Assembly: GCA_963773605.1 (NCBI GenBank)
Contig: CAVZBT010000002.1
Coordinates: 277,088 to 341,087, forward strand
Direction: 5' to 3'
Length of the DNA stretch: 64,000 nt
Source: an uncultured Acidobacteriota bacterium
Lineage (GTDB): Bacteria > Acidobacteriota > UBA6911
Under the pieces are notes generated by a model. The model did no database searches. It was given only the letters and a program-made list of their open reading frames with translations, and had not been told where the DNA came from. The position numbers and the translations under genes are program-made. Numbering within the stretch: the stretch's first letter is position 1; the number at the start of each line of letters is the position of its first letter. Below, in pieces: positions 8,720 to 18,490 of the stretch.

Positions 8720-10651
8720 TTACTTGGACGTGGTGGTCTTGCCGGGCCAGGTGTCGGAGCGGAAAGGCCAGGCGGGCAGGCCGTTCGCGCCTGCGAGGTT
8801 GCATACCGGAGAGGCGGCCCAGGCATAACGGACGGCGATCGGGTCGCGCACTTCCGGGCTCTCGACGACGACGGTGTCGCCGTCGATCGTGGCGATCGCC
8901 TTGTGGAAAATGCGGTCCTCGCCTGCGACGGAAAACCCGCGCAACGGGCCGCCGTCCCGGGATTTCACGCCCGTCCCTATGTCGGCGAATTGCACCCGCA
9001 TCCGGTTCCCCTCGACCGCGGCCGAGAGGAACCTGGGGCCGGAGTACTCCACGTCGATGCCGTACGTCCGCGCCAGGGCGATTTGGGACAGCCGTATCCC
9101 GACCTCGCTCTTGTTGCGCGGGTGGACGTTCCCCGGCTCACCGAGATCGACCGTGCAGACCAGCCCGGTGTTCGCCAGGCCGAGCGCGGCGGCCTGCGCT
9201 TCTCTCATCTCGGCCCATTCGCTTTCCTCCGCGTTCTCACCGACTGGACCGTAGCCGGGCAACTGAACGATGTAAAAAGGGAAATCACCCTGTCCCCAGG
9301 CGCGCCTCCAGCCACCGATCAGCGCCGTCAGGAGGCGCCGGTACTGAAACGCACGCCCTGCGTTTCCCTCCCCCTGGTACCAGAGCGCACCGCGAATCCC
9401 GTGAGGGAGGACTGGCCTCAACATGGAATTGAAGAGCGACGACGGCTGCTCCGGGACGGGCATGGCCGCTTCGATGCAGATCGCCACGCCGCTGACCTGA
9501 TCCAGGGTCAGCGGCTTCTGCTCGCCCCAGGACGGCTGACGGAAATCGGCAAGCCGAAGCGTGTACTCGGTCCACTCGGGCCTCGCGAAAAACGCGGGCA
9601 GCGCGTGCCAGGCACCATCGACCACGGAGGGCTGGCGCAGCTGCAGAAAAAACGCCCCTTGCCCCCTCGCGCGCAGCCGCAGGGTGGCGTACCCGCTCAC
9701 GTCGACAGGGCGGCCGGACAGCTCCAGGTCGCGCAGAACGCTTGCGGAACCCGCTATCCCGAGAGTGCCCGAGAAGACACTGCGGGAGCCTGAGCGGATC
9801 GCGGCGCGTGAAGAATCGCCGAAGGCGGGCGGGCCCCATCTGGACGTTTTCGCTTCCCGGCCGGTCAGCGCCAGGCGGGAAGCGTCGGAGCGCACCAACT
9901 CCATCGCGTCGATCTCGAAGCTGAAGGGTAGGTTGTCCCGCAGCACATCGGGATTGCGCGTGAGCCGTTCGTTCCAGCGGCGCAGGATGGGTGAAAGATC
10001 GCCGTCGGCGGCCAGCGACGCCGGATCGGTCCAGACCTCGGCGGTGGTGCCGCCCCAGGCCGCCATGATCAAGCCGACCGGTACCTTCAGCCTGCGGCGC
10101 AATTCCCGGCCGAAGTAGTAGCCCACCGCGGAAAATGGCGCGGCACTCGATGGGCCGGACTGCTGCCATCGTGCCTTGAGGTCTTGCACCGGTGATCCGG
10201 AGGCAATCCTGGGGATTTTAAAGAGACGGAGTTGCGCATCGCCTGCGCGCTGCAACTCTTCCTCGGCTCCGAGCGACGCAGCCAGGCTCATCTGCATATT
10301 GGACTGCCCGGAGCAAACCCAGACTTCCCCGGCCAGCAGGTCTTTGACCGTGATGGCCTGCTTGCCCGCGCGCACAGTCATGTCCCCGAGAGATCCCGCT
10401 TCGACGGGGTCAAATGCCAACTGCCATTTCCCGTCGGGCGCCGTGGTCGCGGTCTTCAGCTGATCGGCGAGCCGAGCATCCACTCGAGCCCCCGGCGCTG
10501 CCCATCCCCACACGGACACGGGGACGCCGCGTTGAACCACGGCGCCGTCCCCGAGGATGGCGGGGAGCCGCAGGTCGGGCGGCCGCGCAGCGGACGCCGG
10601 GCATGGAAGGGCGAATGCAGCCAACAGTCCGATGAGCCGAAGCCGGGTCAT
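8720..10651 (-). CDS. Sialate O-acetylesterase-family (SGNH) protein with an inserted CIA30/CBM11-like domain
   Basis: GEVWVCSGQSNM, FSAVGYYFG, WYQGEGN, DLGEPGNVHPRNK, VRYAW. Signal peptide. Confidence 0.85.
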   Translation of the reverse strand: MTRLRLIGLLAAFALPCPASAARPPDLRLPAILGDGAVVQRGVPVSVWGWAAPGARVDARLADQLKTATTAPDGKWQLAFDPVEAGSLGDMTVRAGKQAITVKDLLAGEVWVCSGQSNMQMSLAASLGAEEELQRAGDAQLRLFKIPRIASGSPVQDLKARWQQSGPSSAAPFSAVGYYFGRELRRRLKVPVGLIMAAWGGTTAEVWTDPASLAADGDLSPILRRWNERLTRNPDVLRDNLPFSFEIDAMELVRSDASRLALTGREAKTSRWGPPAFGDSSRAAIRSGSRSVFSGTLGIAGSASVLRDLELSGRPVDVSGYATLRLRARGQGAFFLQLRQPSVVDGAWHALPAFFARPEWTEYTLRLADFRQPSWGEQKPLTLDQVSGVAICIEAAMPVPEQPSSLFNSMLRPVLPHGIRGALWYQGEGNAGRAFQYRRLLTALIGGWRRAWGQGDFPFYIVQLPGYGPVGENAEESEWAEMREAQAAALGLANTGLVCTVDLGEPGNVHPRNKSEVGIRLSQIALARTYGIDVEYSGPRFLSAAVEGNRMRVQFADIGTGVKSRDGGPLRGFSVAGEDRIFHKAIATIDGDTVVVESPEVRDPIAVRYAWAASPVCNLAGANGLPAWPFRSDTWPGKTTTSK

Positions 10652-10670
10652 GAAAGTTCCTCTCCGGCGC

Positions 10671-11537
10671 TCAGTAGCGGCACTGCGCCTTGTCGGACTT
10701 TACGAAGTAGGACTTGTAGTTGCGGGCCTTGGGATCCATGCAGCCCGCGAGATTCAGAAGCTCGACTTTGCGGAACTCCACCGGGTGGCTTTCGGCCTGC
10801 AGCGCGATATACCCTTCGGTCAGCACCGCCCCGTCCCGCTTGACGGCCGGGTCGAAGCCTGTGACGTTTTCGCCCCCGATCTGCGGTTTCGAATATTCGA
10901 GGACGGTCTGCCCTTCGACGATGTGCTTTATGTTCTCGTCGCCGAGGACTACGGCTTCCACCCTCACCCATTGGTCTCCGTGGTAAGTCTTCGACTTGGA
11001 CTGGATGCAGTGGTCGGTGTACAGCTGCCCGTTTATGACGACGTGAGTCCCGGGAGTGCACAGGTTCGCTGTAGAGCGCTCGCCGGAGCCCGGGCCGCCC
11101 AGAAGCTGGACCTCGATCGAGATCGGGAAGTCCTGCTCTTTGCGCATACTCTGCGCCGACTGGGAGTGCACCATGATCCCGCTGTTTCGGAATCCCCACT
11201 CGGGCGCACCGGGGGTCTGGTCGCCGACGAATCTGTACTCGACCGCAATGACATAGTGCGAGAACTTGCGGTTATAGAAGATGTGGCCGAACCGGTTGCC
11301 GAAAGTGTCGTAGTGGTCGTAGGCCATTTTAAGGACGCCGCCCTCGACCCGGAACGTATTACCGAAGTTGTCGTTCAGATCGTAGCCGGTGATCTTGACG
11401 TCCCACCCCTTCAGGCTCTTCCCATCGAAGAGCTGGATCCACTCCTTCTTGCCTGGATCGTTCTGCCCAAACGCCGCGGCGCTTGCCCCGAGGGTGGCGA
11501 GCGCCAGAAGCACGGTCATCTTCACAAGAGAACGCAT
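10671..11537 (-). CDS. DUF1080 / 3-keto-disaccharide hydrolase family protein
   Basis: WIQLFDGKSLKGW, RNSGIMVH, FPISIEVQL, GYIALQAESHPVEFRKV. Confidence 0.9.
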   Translation of the reverse strand: MRSLVKMTVLLALATLGASAAAFGQNDPGKKEWIQLFDGKSLKGWDVKITGYDLNDNFGNTFRVEGGVLKMAYDHYDTFGNRFGHIFYNRKFSHYVIAVEYRFVGDQTPGAPEWGFRNSGIMVHSQSAQSMRKEQDFPISIEVQLLGGPGSGERSTANLCTPGTHVVINGQLYTDHCIQSKSKTYHGDQWVRVEAVVLGDENIKHIVEGQTVLEYSKPQIGGENVTGFDPAVKRDGAVLTEGYIALQAESHPVEFRKVELLNLAGCMDPKARNYKSYFVKSDKAQCRY

Positions 11538-11596
11538 CGGTTTCGCTCCTTGGTGGCGCGATGATGATTAGCAGGCGTCGGGCGGCAGACGCCGGT

Positions 11597-12568
11597 TCAC
11601 CGGTAATTCCAGAGCAGTTCGACGTCGGCGCCCGCGATGGCATCGGTGTCCTGGTAGGCAAACCGTCCCGACCCGGGCTTGCCCTTTTCGCCCCATCCCC
11701 CACCCTGGACGAAGGGAAAGCCCAGGGCGTTCCAGCGGGCGATTTCTTTGTCCATGTCGGCGACATCGAAAGCAATATGGTGGAATCCTTCACCGTGCTT
11801 GTCCATGTGGTCCGAGTAAACCGTGGGCCCTTTCAGGGGGAGGATCCACTCATAGGGTACGCGGCCGTGCCGCTGCCAGCCGAGCTGGGCGTCGAATTGG
11901 CCCGGCTGGTCGTGGTAGCGCAAATCCCAGAGCTGCGGATGGGTCACCGACCTTTCTGTAAAACCAAGCCGGCTCCAATAGTCGAGCACCGGCTCAAGCC
12001 GGCGCACGGTGAAGGCGTACTGGACGACCTTGCGCGCAGGAGGCGCGGCGCGCGGGCGCGCGGCTGCCGGCGCGTAGACCAGCCCGAGCGCATACTTCCC
12101 CTGGGGTTCGGTATCGAAATAGACCCGGGTCGAACGGCCGGTTTCGGACTGGAGGACACCGGCCCCAAGCGTCTTCATCCGTCCGACCTCGGCCTGCAGG
12201 GCCTCACGGCTGGGCGCCCGGTGCACCAGGCTGAACACGCCGTTGCCGTGGCGCGCGAGAAAATCGGTGTAGGCATTTTGCCCCCCGGTCGGTTGGATCC
12301 ACTGCACCGCAACATCGCCGAGGTGCCCCTCGGCCAACAGCGCAGTGCACACGGCCGGTTTCTCTCGATAGCGCACGCCATCGAGCGTTAGCTCGCCCAG
12401 GACGCGGATGTCTTCAAAGCCGAGCTTCCGCCAGCCCTCAACCGCTGTGCGGACGTCGCGCACGACCCAGGTCAGGCTGTGGACGGACTTGTACATGTCG
12501 GGAAGCTGGACCGGCTGGGCCTGCAACAGGATTCCGGCCAGGACGATGGTCAGAGTGGCGATCTTCAT
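11597..12568 (-). CDS. Secreted two-domain VOC (glyoxalase/epimerase-like) protein
   Basis: Duplicated VOC modules: QWIQP...FLARHGNGV and EWILP...HMDKHGEGFHHIAF. Start at MKIATL. Confidence 0.75.
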   Translation of the reverse strand: MKIATLTIVLAGILLQAQPVQLPDMYKSVHSLTWVVRDVRTAVEGWRKLGFEDIRVLGELTLDGVRYREKPAVCTALLAEGHLGDVAVQWIQPTGGQNAYTDFLARHGNGVFSLVHRAPSREALQAEVGRMKTLGAGVLQSETGRSTRVYFDTEPQGKYALGLVYAPAAARPRAAPPARKVVQYAFTVRRLEPVLDYWSRLGFTERSVTHPQLWDLRYHDQPGQFDAQLGWQRHGRVPYEWILPLKGPTVYSDHMDKHGEGFHHIAFDVADMDKEIARWNALGFPFVQGGGWGEKGKPGSGRFAYQDTDAIAGADVELLWNYR

Positions 12569-12655
12569 GACGGGCTCCAACGGGCCGCGGCGGCCCCACG
12601 CGGTCCAGCGACTCAAAGGCTCGAGGACTCGAGCATAATGAACATCCCAATACAA

Positions 12656-14836
12656 TTAGTTGAACCAGTAGGAGATTTTCATCGCGAGGCCGCGGTTTTT
12701 GTTCTGAAAATCGCCGGGATAGGAATTGTCGCTGTACACGATAAACAGGTCCGACACGGGCGCGAAGCGCCATTGCAGCCGCACATTCACGTTGAGGTTG
12801 TCGATCTGGTTGTTGTACTGCACGTACGTCGTCAGGAAGAGCTTGTCGGTGAACGTCAGATCGAGCCTCGGGCCGATCAGGAACAAGTTTGCGCTGTTGT
12901 AAGGGCTGGGCAGCGAGATCTTGTCGTAGGATCCCACCATCGCCAGGTTGCTGTAAGGCTGCACCCGCCAGTACAGGTCGCCGTTGACGTTCCAGCGGGT
13001 GCCGTTGTAGTAGCTGCCGTAACGGGTGCCAAGCTCGAAATTGAACAGCTTGCGTGTATCGGAGCCATAGGTGATCCCCGCATCGCGCCAGCCGAACACC
13101 GAGCCGGTGTCGAGCTTGCGCCCACCCGTGTTGGTCGGATCGAATGGGGCCCGAAGCTCGACGAGGTAGTCCCGGAAATCGACCGAGATGGAATCGCGGC
13201 TCTGCCATTCGACCGAGTATCCCACCTGGACCTGCCGGTCGGTCAGCCTGAAATCGGAATCCCGGAACATATCGAACTTGAGGCTGGGGCCGTGGCTGAT
13301 CAGCATGCCGGATTTCGGCAAAAACCGGTACGAGACGGTTGGGTTGACTTCGTAGTAGCCCTTTCTTCTGATGTAGCCGACTTCGGCGAGGTAGTCGGAC
13401 CCGACCCGGGCCTGGTTCAGGCTGGCGGAAAAGGAACGCGTGGCGTACGTCAGGGTCGCGGCCGCCGACGCCGCGTCCCCGGTGGCCCCCGGGTAAAACG
13501 ACCTGTGGTAGAACGCCTTCCCCGTCCAGTGATTGTCGGCGCTGACGAGGTTGTACTCCAGGCCGGCCACCCTGTTGTGGTCGAGACCGGAATGGGGCTC
13601 GCCCTGGTCGGTCACCTGTTTGTTCACCATGAACATGACGAAATTCGAGCGCCTGAAGAGCTTGCGCTGCAGGGCTGCGACGGCGAAATTGGACGCCGGG
13701 GCACCGTCGTTCGTCGCCACCTGCATGTCCATCAACCCGAGCCGCCAGTTGTCGCCGAGGTTTCCGCTCAACCGGGCGCCTCCGTCGACACGCCTGTCCA
13801 ACCCGATCCGCCTCGAAAAGAATGGACGGAGGTTTTCGGCGCCCAGGCTGGCGAACAGATCGCTGTTTTCGAGAAAGAAGCGCCGTTTTTCCGGAAAGAA
13901 CAGCTCGAAACGGTCCAGGTTGGTTTGCTGGGTATCGACGTCGACCTGCGAGTAATCGGGGTTTACCGTGAGGTCCAGGTTCATGGACGTCGACAGGATG
14001 ACCTTGGCATCCATGCCGCCGGTGGCATGGTGGTCGCTCGTGCCGGCGACGTTGTCCTGCGTGACCTTGGCCGAGACGTAGGGAATCAGGGAGTAGCGCA
14101 GGCCCGCGTCGCCGAGCGGCGCGTCCCAGACGAGGGTTCCTGCGTACCCGAGATTGGCCGTTTGCAGGTTGCGGGGCATCGGGGCCCAGCTCGATTTTTC
14201 GTTGGTCTTAAGATCGAGGCGGCTGAAGTTGATGCCCCACTCGGTGGCGCCGCCGCGGTAGCGCATGCTGCGAAACGGGATGCCGAATTCCGCCTCCCAG
14301 CGGTCCTCGTAGTTTTTGACCGCCGAGCGCCACTTGATGTCCCAGTCGAGCGACACGAGCCCGCCGTTGGCCTGCGACCCCTCCCACTGAGCGCCCGCGG
14401 CGGAAACGCCGAAAGCGAAGCCATTGGTCAGGTCGTTGTAGGTGTCGATGAAGGCGATGAAGTTGTCGTTCTTCCCGAAGGCGAAGTCCCGGCGCAGCGA
14501 CTCCACCGGGCGCTTTCCGGGTGTGGGGTCATAGCAGACAATGCCAATGTACAGGTTGGCGTCGTCGTAGGTCGCCCTCACATCGGTCTTCGCCACCGCC
14601 AGGCCTTTATCGATCGGGGTCACGCGCTGAAAGTCCACCGCGCGTTCGGCCCCCGACCAGGCGTCCTCCTCGAGCAGGCCGTCGACATTTATCGGCGTCT
14701 CCGTTTTCCGGACGTGGATCCGGTACTTCTCGCGGTTCACACCTTTGGTCTGCCCAACGAGACTGGGGGACGCTGAAATAGCGATTGCGGAGAGAACCAG
14801 GATAGAAAGAGCGCGTTCCGATAGCGATCTGATCAT
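12656..14836 (-). CDS. CBM9-like plus DUF5916 domain protein (probable outer-membrane protein)
   Basis: VDGLLEEDAW, EFGIPFRSMRY, DLTVNPDYSQVDVD, RFELFFPEKRRFFLE, C-terminal KISYWFN. Confidence 0.85.
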   Translation of the reverse strand: MIRSLSERALSILVLSAIAISASPSLVGQTKGVNREKYRIHVRKTETPINVDGLLEEDAWSGAERAVDFQRVTPIDKGLAVAKTDVRATYDDANLYIGIVCYDPTPGKRPVESLRRDFAFGKNDNFIAFIDTYNDLTNGFAFGVSAAGAQWEGSQANGGLVSLDWDIKWRSAVKNYEDRWEAEFGIPFRSMRYRGGATEWGINFSRLDLKTNEKSSWAPMPRNLQTANLGYAGTLVWDAPLGDAGLRYSLIPYVSAKVTQDNVAGTSDHHATGGMDAKVILSTSMNLDLTVNPDYSQVDVDTQQTNLDRFELFFPEKRRFFLENSDLFASLGAENLRPFFSRRIGLDRRVDGGARLSGNLGDNWRLGLMDMQVATNDGAPASNFAVAALQRKLFRRSNFVMFMVNKQVTDQGEPHSGLDHNRVAGLEYNLVSADNHWTGKAFYHRSFYPGATGDAASAAATLTYATRSFSASLNQARVGSDYLAEVGYIRRKGYYEVNPTVSYRFLPKSGMLISHGPSLKFDMFRDSDFRLTDRQVQVGYSVEWQSRDSISVDFRDYLVELRAPFDPTNTGGRKLDTGSVFGWRDAGITYGSDTRKLFNFELGTRYGSYYNGTRWNVNGDLYWRVQPYSNLAMVGSYDKISLPSPYNSANLFLIGPRLDLTFTDKLFLTTYVQYNNQIDNLNVNVRLQWRFAPVSDLFIVYSDNSYPGDFQNKNRGLAMKISYWFN

Positions 14837-14873
14837 CAAGAAGCCACATCTCCAAGCCGAAGAAATCCGGGGG

Positions 14874-14879
14874 ATTATA
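14874..14879 (-). promoter_or_regulatory. Candidate sigma70 -10 box for the DUF5916 gene
   Basis: Perfect TATAAT on the minus strand about 40 bp before ATG 14836, in very GC-rich DNA. Confidence 0.45.
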
Positions 14880-15059
14880 CCCGGATCGGGTCCCAAATGC
14901 ATTGGGAGTCCGGAGGAGGTGCGCGGGTCGGCTCGCCCCCTCCCATGGGCTGCAACCCGGCGCGGACGCGAAATCCACCGTTTGAGCGAAATTCATGGGC
15001 AGCGTCGCCTTCTGGCCTCCGCCCTCTTGGGTTAGTATGTGCAGGATCAGGAGGAGGAT

Positions 15060-15827
15060 ATGGCCGAACTGGAGTTCAACAAGAGCGTGGTGGTCTGCAC
15101 GGCGCACCCCGACGACGCCGAGATCTTCTGTGCCGGCACCTTGAAGCTGTTGCGGGACCGCGGGTATCGAATAACGATCTGCACCGCGACCGGAGGAGGA
15201 ATGGGGGGCATCGGCTCGAACGAGGCCACGACGGTCGCGATTCGCCGTCAGGAAGCCGAGAACGCGGCCGCTATCCTCGGAGCCGAGTACTGCTCCCTCG
15301 GGGGCCGGGACGGTTTCCTGTTCGATACCGAGGACATGCGGATAGCCGCGCAGGACGTGATTCGCCGGGCGGAGGCGGGCATCGTCATCGGGCACCTCCC
15401 CTTCGATTACCACGCGGATCACCGGGCCTCCTCGGCGATAACCGACGCCGCCGCCATGCTCGCAACCCTGCCCAATGTGCCCTCGAAATATCCTCCTCTA
15501 CCGGTGACGCCGCTGTTGTATCACTCGTCCACCCTCGGACTCTCCGACCCGCTGGGAAATCCGCTTCCGCGGCCGCACTTCTTCGTCGATGTCTCGACGG
15601 CCTGGGAGACCAAGACGCGCATGATCGAATGTCACGTGAGCCAGGTCGAACTGATGCGCGTCATGCACAAGATCGAGGACTTCCTCGGAGCCATGCAGGC
15701 GCAGGACGTCTACTGGGGGAAGGAGGCCGGGGTGCGCTTTGCCGAGGCCTACTGGCAGCGTCTCGGTGGCGGTTTCCAGAAGGTGCCGCTTATCCAGAGA
15801 GAGCTCCGGGAGCACCTCCACACCTGA
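15060..15827 (+). CDS. PIG-L/LmbE-family deacetylase
   Basis: TAHPDDAE, RRQEA, DYHADH, HVSQ. Strong GGAGGA ribosome-binding site. Confidence 0.9.
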   Translation: MAELEFNKSVVVCTAHPDDAEIFCAGTLKLLRDRGYRITICTATGGGMGGIGSNEATTVAIRRQEAENAAAILGAEYCSLGGRDGFLFDTEDMRIAAQDVIRRAEAGIVIGHLPFDYHADHRASSAITDAAAMLATLPNVPSKYPPLPVTPLLYHSSTLGLSDPLGNPLPRPHFFVDVSTAWETKTRMIECHVSQVELMRVMHKIEDFLGAMQAQDVYWGKEAGVRFAEAYWQRLGGGFQKVPLIQRELREHLHT

Positions 15828-15841
15828 ACGCACCGCGCCGA

Positions 15842-16029
15842 GTGGGCCGCGTCGGCTCGCCGCGGCCCGCGGATTCCCCTCCCCGGCGGTCGAGCGCAAA
15901 ACCTCGTACTCGGCTACCCAGAGGCGAGCCGACCCCGCCCACCTTCCGTGGATCTTGCTCAACCGGTGCGATTCCTGATAGCCGACGGTTGCAGCTTATT
16001 CGGGGCGGGGGCGAGCCGACCCCGCCCAC
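15842..16029. repeat. REP-like family B composite element between convergent genes
   Basis: GTGGGCCGCGTCGGCTCGCCGCGGCCC...GCTCAACCGGTG...CGGTTGCAGCTTATT...GCCGACCCCGCCCAC. Confidence 0.75.
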
Positions 16030-17288
16030 ATGAAGGCGTAGGGCGCAGCCATGAGAAACAAAAACAGGGTCACGACCTCCGAATCGCCGAAGTTGTACTC
16101 GAACATCCCGGCTACGAGCAGGGCGACCCAGGCGCCCAGGGCGCCGGTGGAAACGGTCAGGGCCGCCTCGGCGCTGCCTGCCTTGGCGAGTTCCTGCCTG
16201 CCGGCTGCACGGAATGCCGAGAGAGCATCGTAACCGAGTCGCACCATCAGCCAGAGCCACAGGATCAGTCCGGGGATCCCGCGTTCGGCTGCGATCTGCA
16301 GGAAATTATTGTGCATGTGCTGATAGAGCCAGTCCGGGAATTCGCCGCCGCCCCCGCGGTAACGCAGCGCTTCCACGTTGACGTTCTTTGGACCGACTCC
16401 CAGCCACGGATTATCCCGGATCATCCTCGACGACGTGGCAAAGAGTTCCAACCGCATCCGCGTTTCGGGATCCTTCAGATCCCAACCTGACTCCAGCCGG
16501 TGTTTCATGCCGATCGGAGAGATCAGAAACAGCGCCAGCAGCACTGCGATGAGCGGGAACAGGGCCCGGCGGCGTTTGAGAACGAACACCGTCGTCAGGC
16601 CTGCAACAGAACCAATCCACGAATTTCGCGTCTGCGACAGATACATTCCGGACACGAGGGCGGATCCCAGAAGAAACACCCACCATCGCGTCGGCCCGCG
16701 GCGGCATACCGCGTATGCCGAGAGCGCCACGAGCACGAGCATCAGCAGCGCCGAATAGGTCATCCAGTGACTCATGAATCCCGAGACACGGTGCAGCAGA
16801 TCGAGAGACGGGTTAAGGGCGAATTGCACCAATCCAGCAGCACTGGAGATCGACGAGCCGACAAAGATGGCGCGGTACGTGCGGAGAATTTCGTTGCCGC
16901 TCCTCATCAGCCGAGGGGTCAAAAACAGTATCGCATAAAGAAAGAATTTCCTGGATTCCGTCAGGCCGCGGGGAACGTCGTGAGAGGCGACCGCCGCCGC
17001 CATGGTCCACGCCATAAAACAAACGAGGGGCCACACGAACGGAGGCCAGGGTCGCAGGGGTCGGCACGCCCGCCTCGCTGCCCACGCCCCTGCCGCGATC
17101 GCGCAGGCCAGCAGCAGTTGGGATGCCGCGATCGAGACCAGGACCGCAACGACGGAACCGGCCAGCGCGTACGTCGCCAGCGACGCGGCGCCGCCCGTCA
17201 GGGAGGCCGAGCACCTCATGGTCAGGACCTGGAGCGGCTTTCTGAAGCGCGACCACGCGGCCTCGGCATGCGTTGCCGTCGAATTCAT
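15996..17288 (-). CDS. O-antigen ligase-like (Wzy_C) membrane protein
   Basis: Multiple TM segments, SQTRNSW, PWLGVGP, HMHNNFLQIAAERGIPG. ATGA overlap with the upstream GT4. Confidence 0.85.
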   Translation of the reverse strand: MNSTATHAEAAWSRFRKPLQVLTMRCSASLTGGAASLATYALAGSVVAVLVSIAASQLLLACAIAAGAWAARRACRPLRPWPPFVWPLVCFMAWTMAAAVASHDVPRGLTESRKFFLYAILFLTPRLMRSGNEILRTYRAIFVGSSISSAAGLVQFALNPSLDLLHRVSGFMSHWMTYSALLMLVLVALSAYAVCRRGPTRWWVFLLGSALVSGMYLSQTRNSWIGSVAGLTTVFVLKRRRALFPLIAVLLALFLISPIGMKHRLESGWDLKDPETRMRLELFATSSRMIRDNPWLGVGPKNVNVEALRYRGGGGEFPDWLYQHMHNNFLQIAAERGIPGLILWLWLMVRLGYDALSAFRAAGRQELAKAGSAEAALTVSTGALGAWVALLVAGMFEYNFGDSEVVTLFLFLMAAPYAFMWAGSARPRPE

Positions 17289-18490
17289 CGGACGACTCCC
17301 GGGCCCTGGCGCCGGGGCGCTCTCCCCAGTGGTTCTCTGGGCAGTGCGGACGCCGGAGGCGCACCGGCGCCGCTTGCGCCGCTCAGCGGCCGCGCCAGGA
17401 ACGCCTGGTAGCCGTTCATGGTTTCTCTTGCGACACGATCCCACGAATACCCGGCAGCTCGTCTTTTCCCCTCCGCACCGAAAAACCGTCGCTTGTCCTC
17501 CATCATGACCGCTTCCGCCAGGGCCGACTGCCAGGCATCCACGTTCTCCGCCGGCACGAGCCACCCGCCGTCACCCACAAGCGACGCGAGTGGCTCGACG
17601 TCGGAAACGACGACCGGTGTGCCCGAGGCCATGGCCTCAAGCACCGGCAGCCCGAATCCCTCCATGAGCGACGGGTAGACGAATGCCAGCGCCGACTGGT
17701 AGAGCGCGGGCAGGTCCTCCTCGGCCACGTAGTCCAGGAAATGCACTCTCCCGATGTTGCGAGGGTGGTCCGCCTCGCCTTGAATCCCGCGCCACAGCCA
17801 TGCCCGCTTCCCCGCAAGAACAAGATCGATGCCCGGAGGATTCAGGCAGCGCCAGGCTTTCAGCAGGCGCGTCAGATTCTTCCTCGGTTCGATGTTCCCG
17901 ACATAAAGCAGAAACGGCCGGTGAATCGCATATCTCATGCGGACGGCCTCTTTGTGTTCTTCAGGACATGCGACACCAAACTGTTTCCTGGCGGCGAGCG
18001 GTACGACGAGGGCCCTCGATCCGTCGATCCGCGCCCATTCCAGCACATCCCGCCGGGTCGCCTCGGAGTCGCACAGGATCCCGGAGGCATGCGCAATGCA
18101 GCGGCCGAGAATTCGGGCCATCCACAGCCGGCGCGAGCTCGGGTGCCACTCGGGATGTTTCACCAGGCTCAGATCGTGAACCGTCAGGACATAGGGAATC
18201 CGCATCCGGAGGGGCGCGACGCTGTTGGTGAAATGACACAGGTCCGGGTTGTGCCGCGCCAGGATTGCCGGCAGCCAGACCTGCATCCATATCTCCTTTA
18301 CGGGGAACGAACGTTTCTGAGTGGGGATCAGGTTGGAACGCGAGTGCCCGGAAAAGGCAAGGTGAGAGAGGAAAAGGAACCGGGTTTCGGGGAAGGAAGC
18401 GCTCAGCGCCTCGAGCAGGGAGGCCGAATAGTGCCCCACTCCGGACAGGTTCCGGCGTATCGGACTGCCGTCATAGCCGATCTGCACCAT
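17285..18490 (-). CDS. Glycosyltransferase family 4
   Basis: TVHDL, YVGNIEPRKN, YPSLMEGFGLPVLEAMASGTPVV. Confidence 0.92.
   Translation of the reverse strand: MVQIGYDGSPIRRNLSGVGHYSASLLEALSASFPETRFLFLSHLAFSGHSRSNLIPTQKRSFPVKEIWMQVWLPAILARHNPDLCHFTNSVAPLRMRIPYVLTVHDLSLVKHPEWHPSSRRLWMARILGRCIAHASGILCDSEATRRDVLEWARIDGSRALVVPLAARKQFGVACPEEHKEAVRMRYAIHRPFLLYVGNIEPRKNLTRLLKAWRCLNPPGIDLVLAGKRAWLWRGIQGEADHPRNIGRVHFLDYVAEEDLPALYQSALAFVYPSLMEGFGLPVLEAMASGTPVVVSDVEPLASLVGDGGWLVPAENVDAWQSALAEAVMMEDKRRFFGAEGKRRAAGYSWDRVARETMNGYQAFLARPLSGASGAGAPPASALPREPLGRAPRRQGPGVVR

Noticed and set aside
12479-14776. 765-aa plus-strand ORF and other long antisense ORFs (e.g. 32172-33815, 45075-46649, 47734-49332, 59204-60958)
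   Set aside because: These are shadows of well-supported genes on the opposite strand, caused by GC-rich codon bias, with no recognisable motifs.
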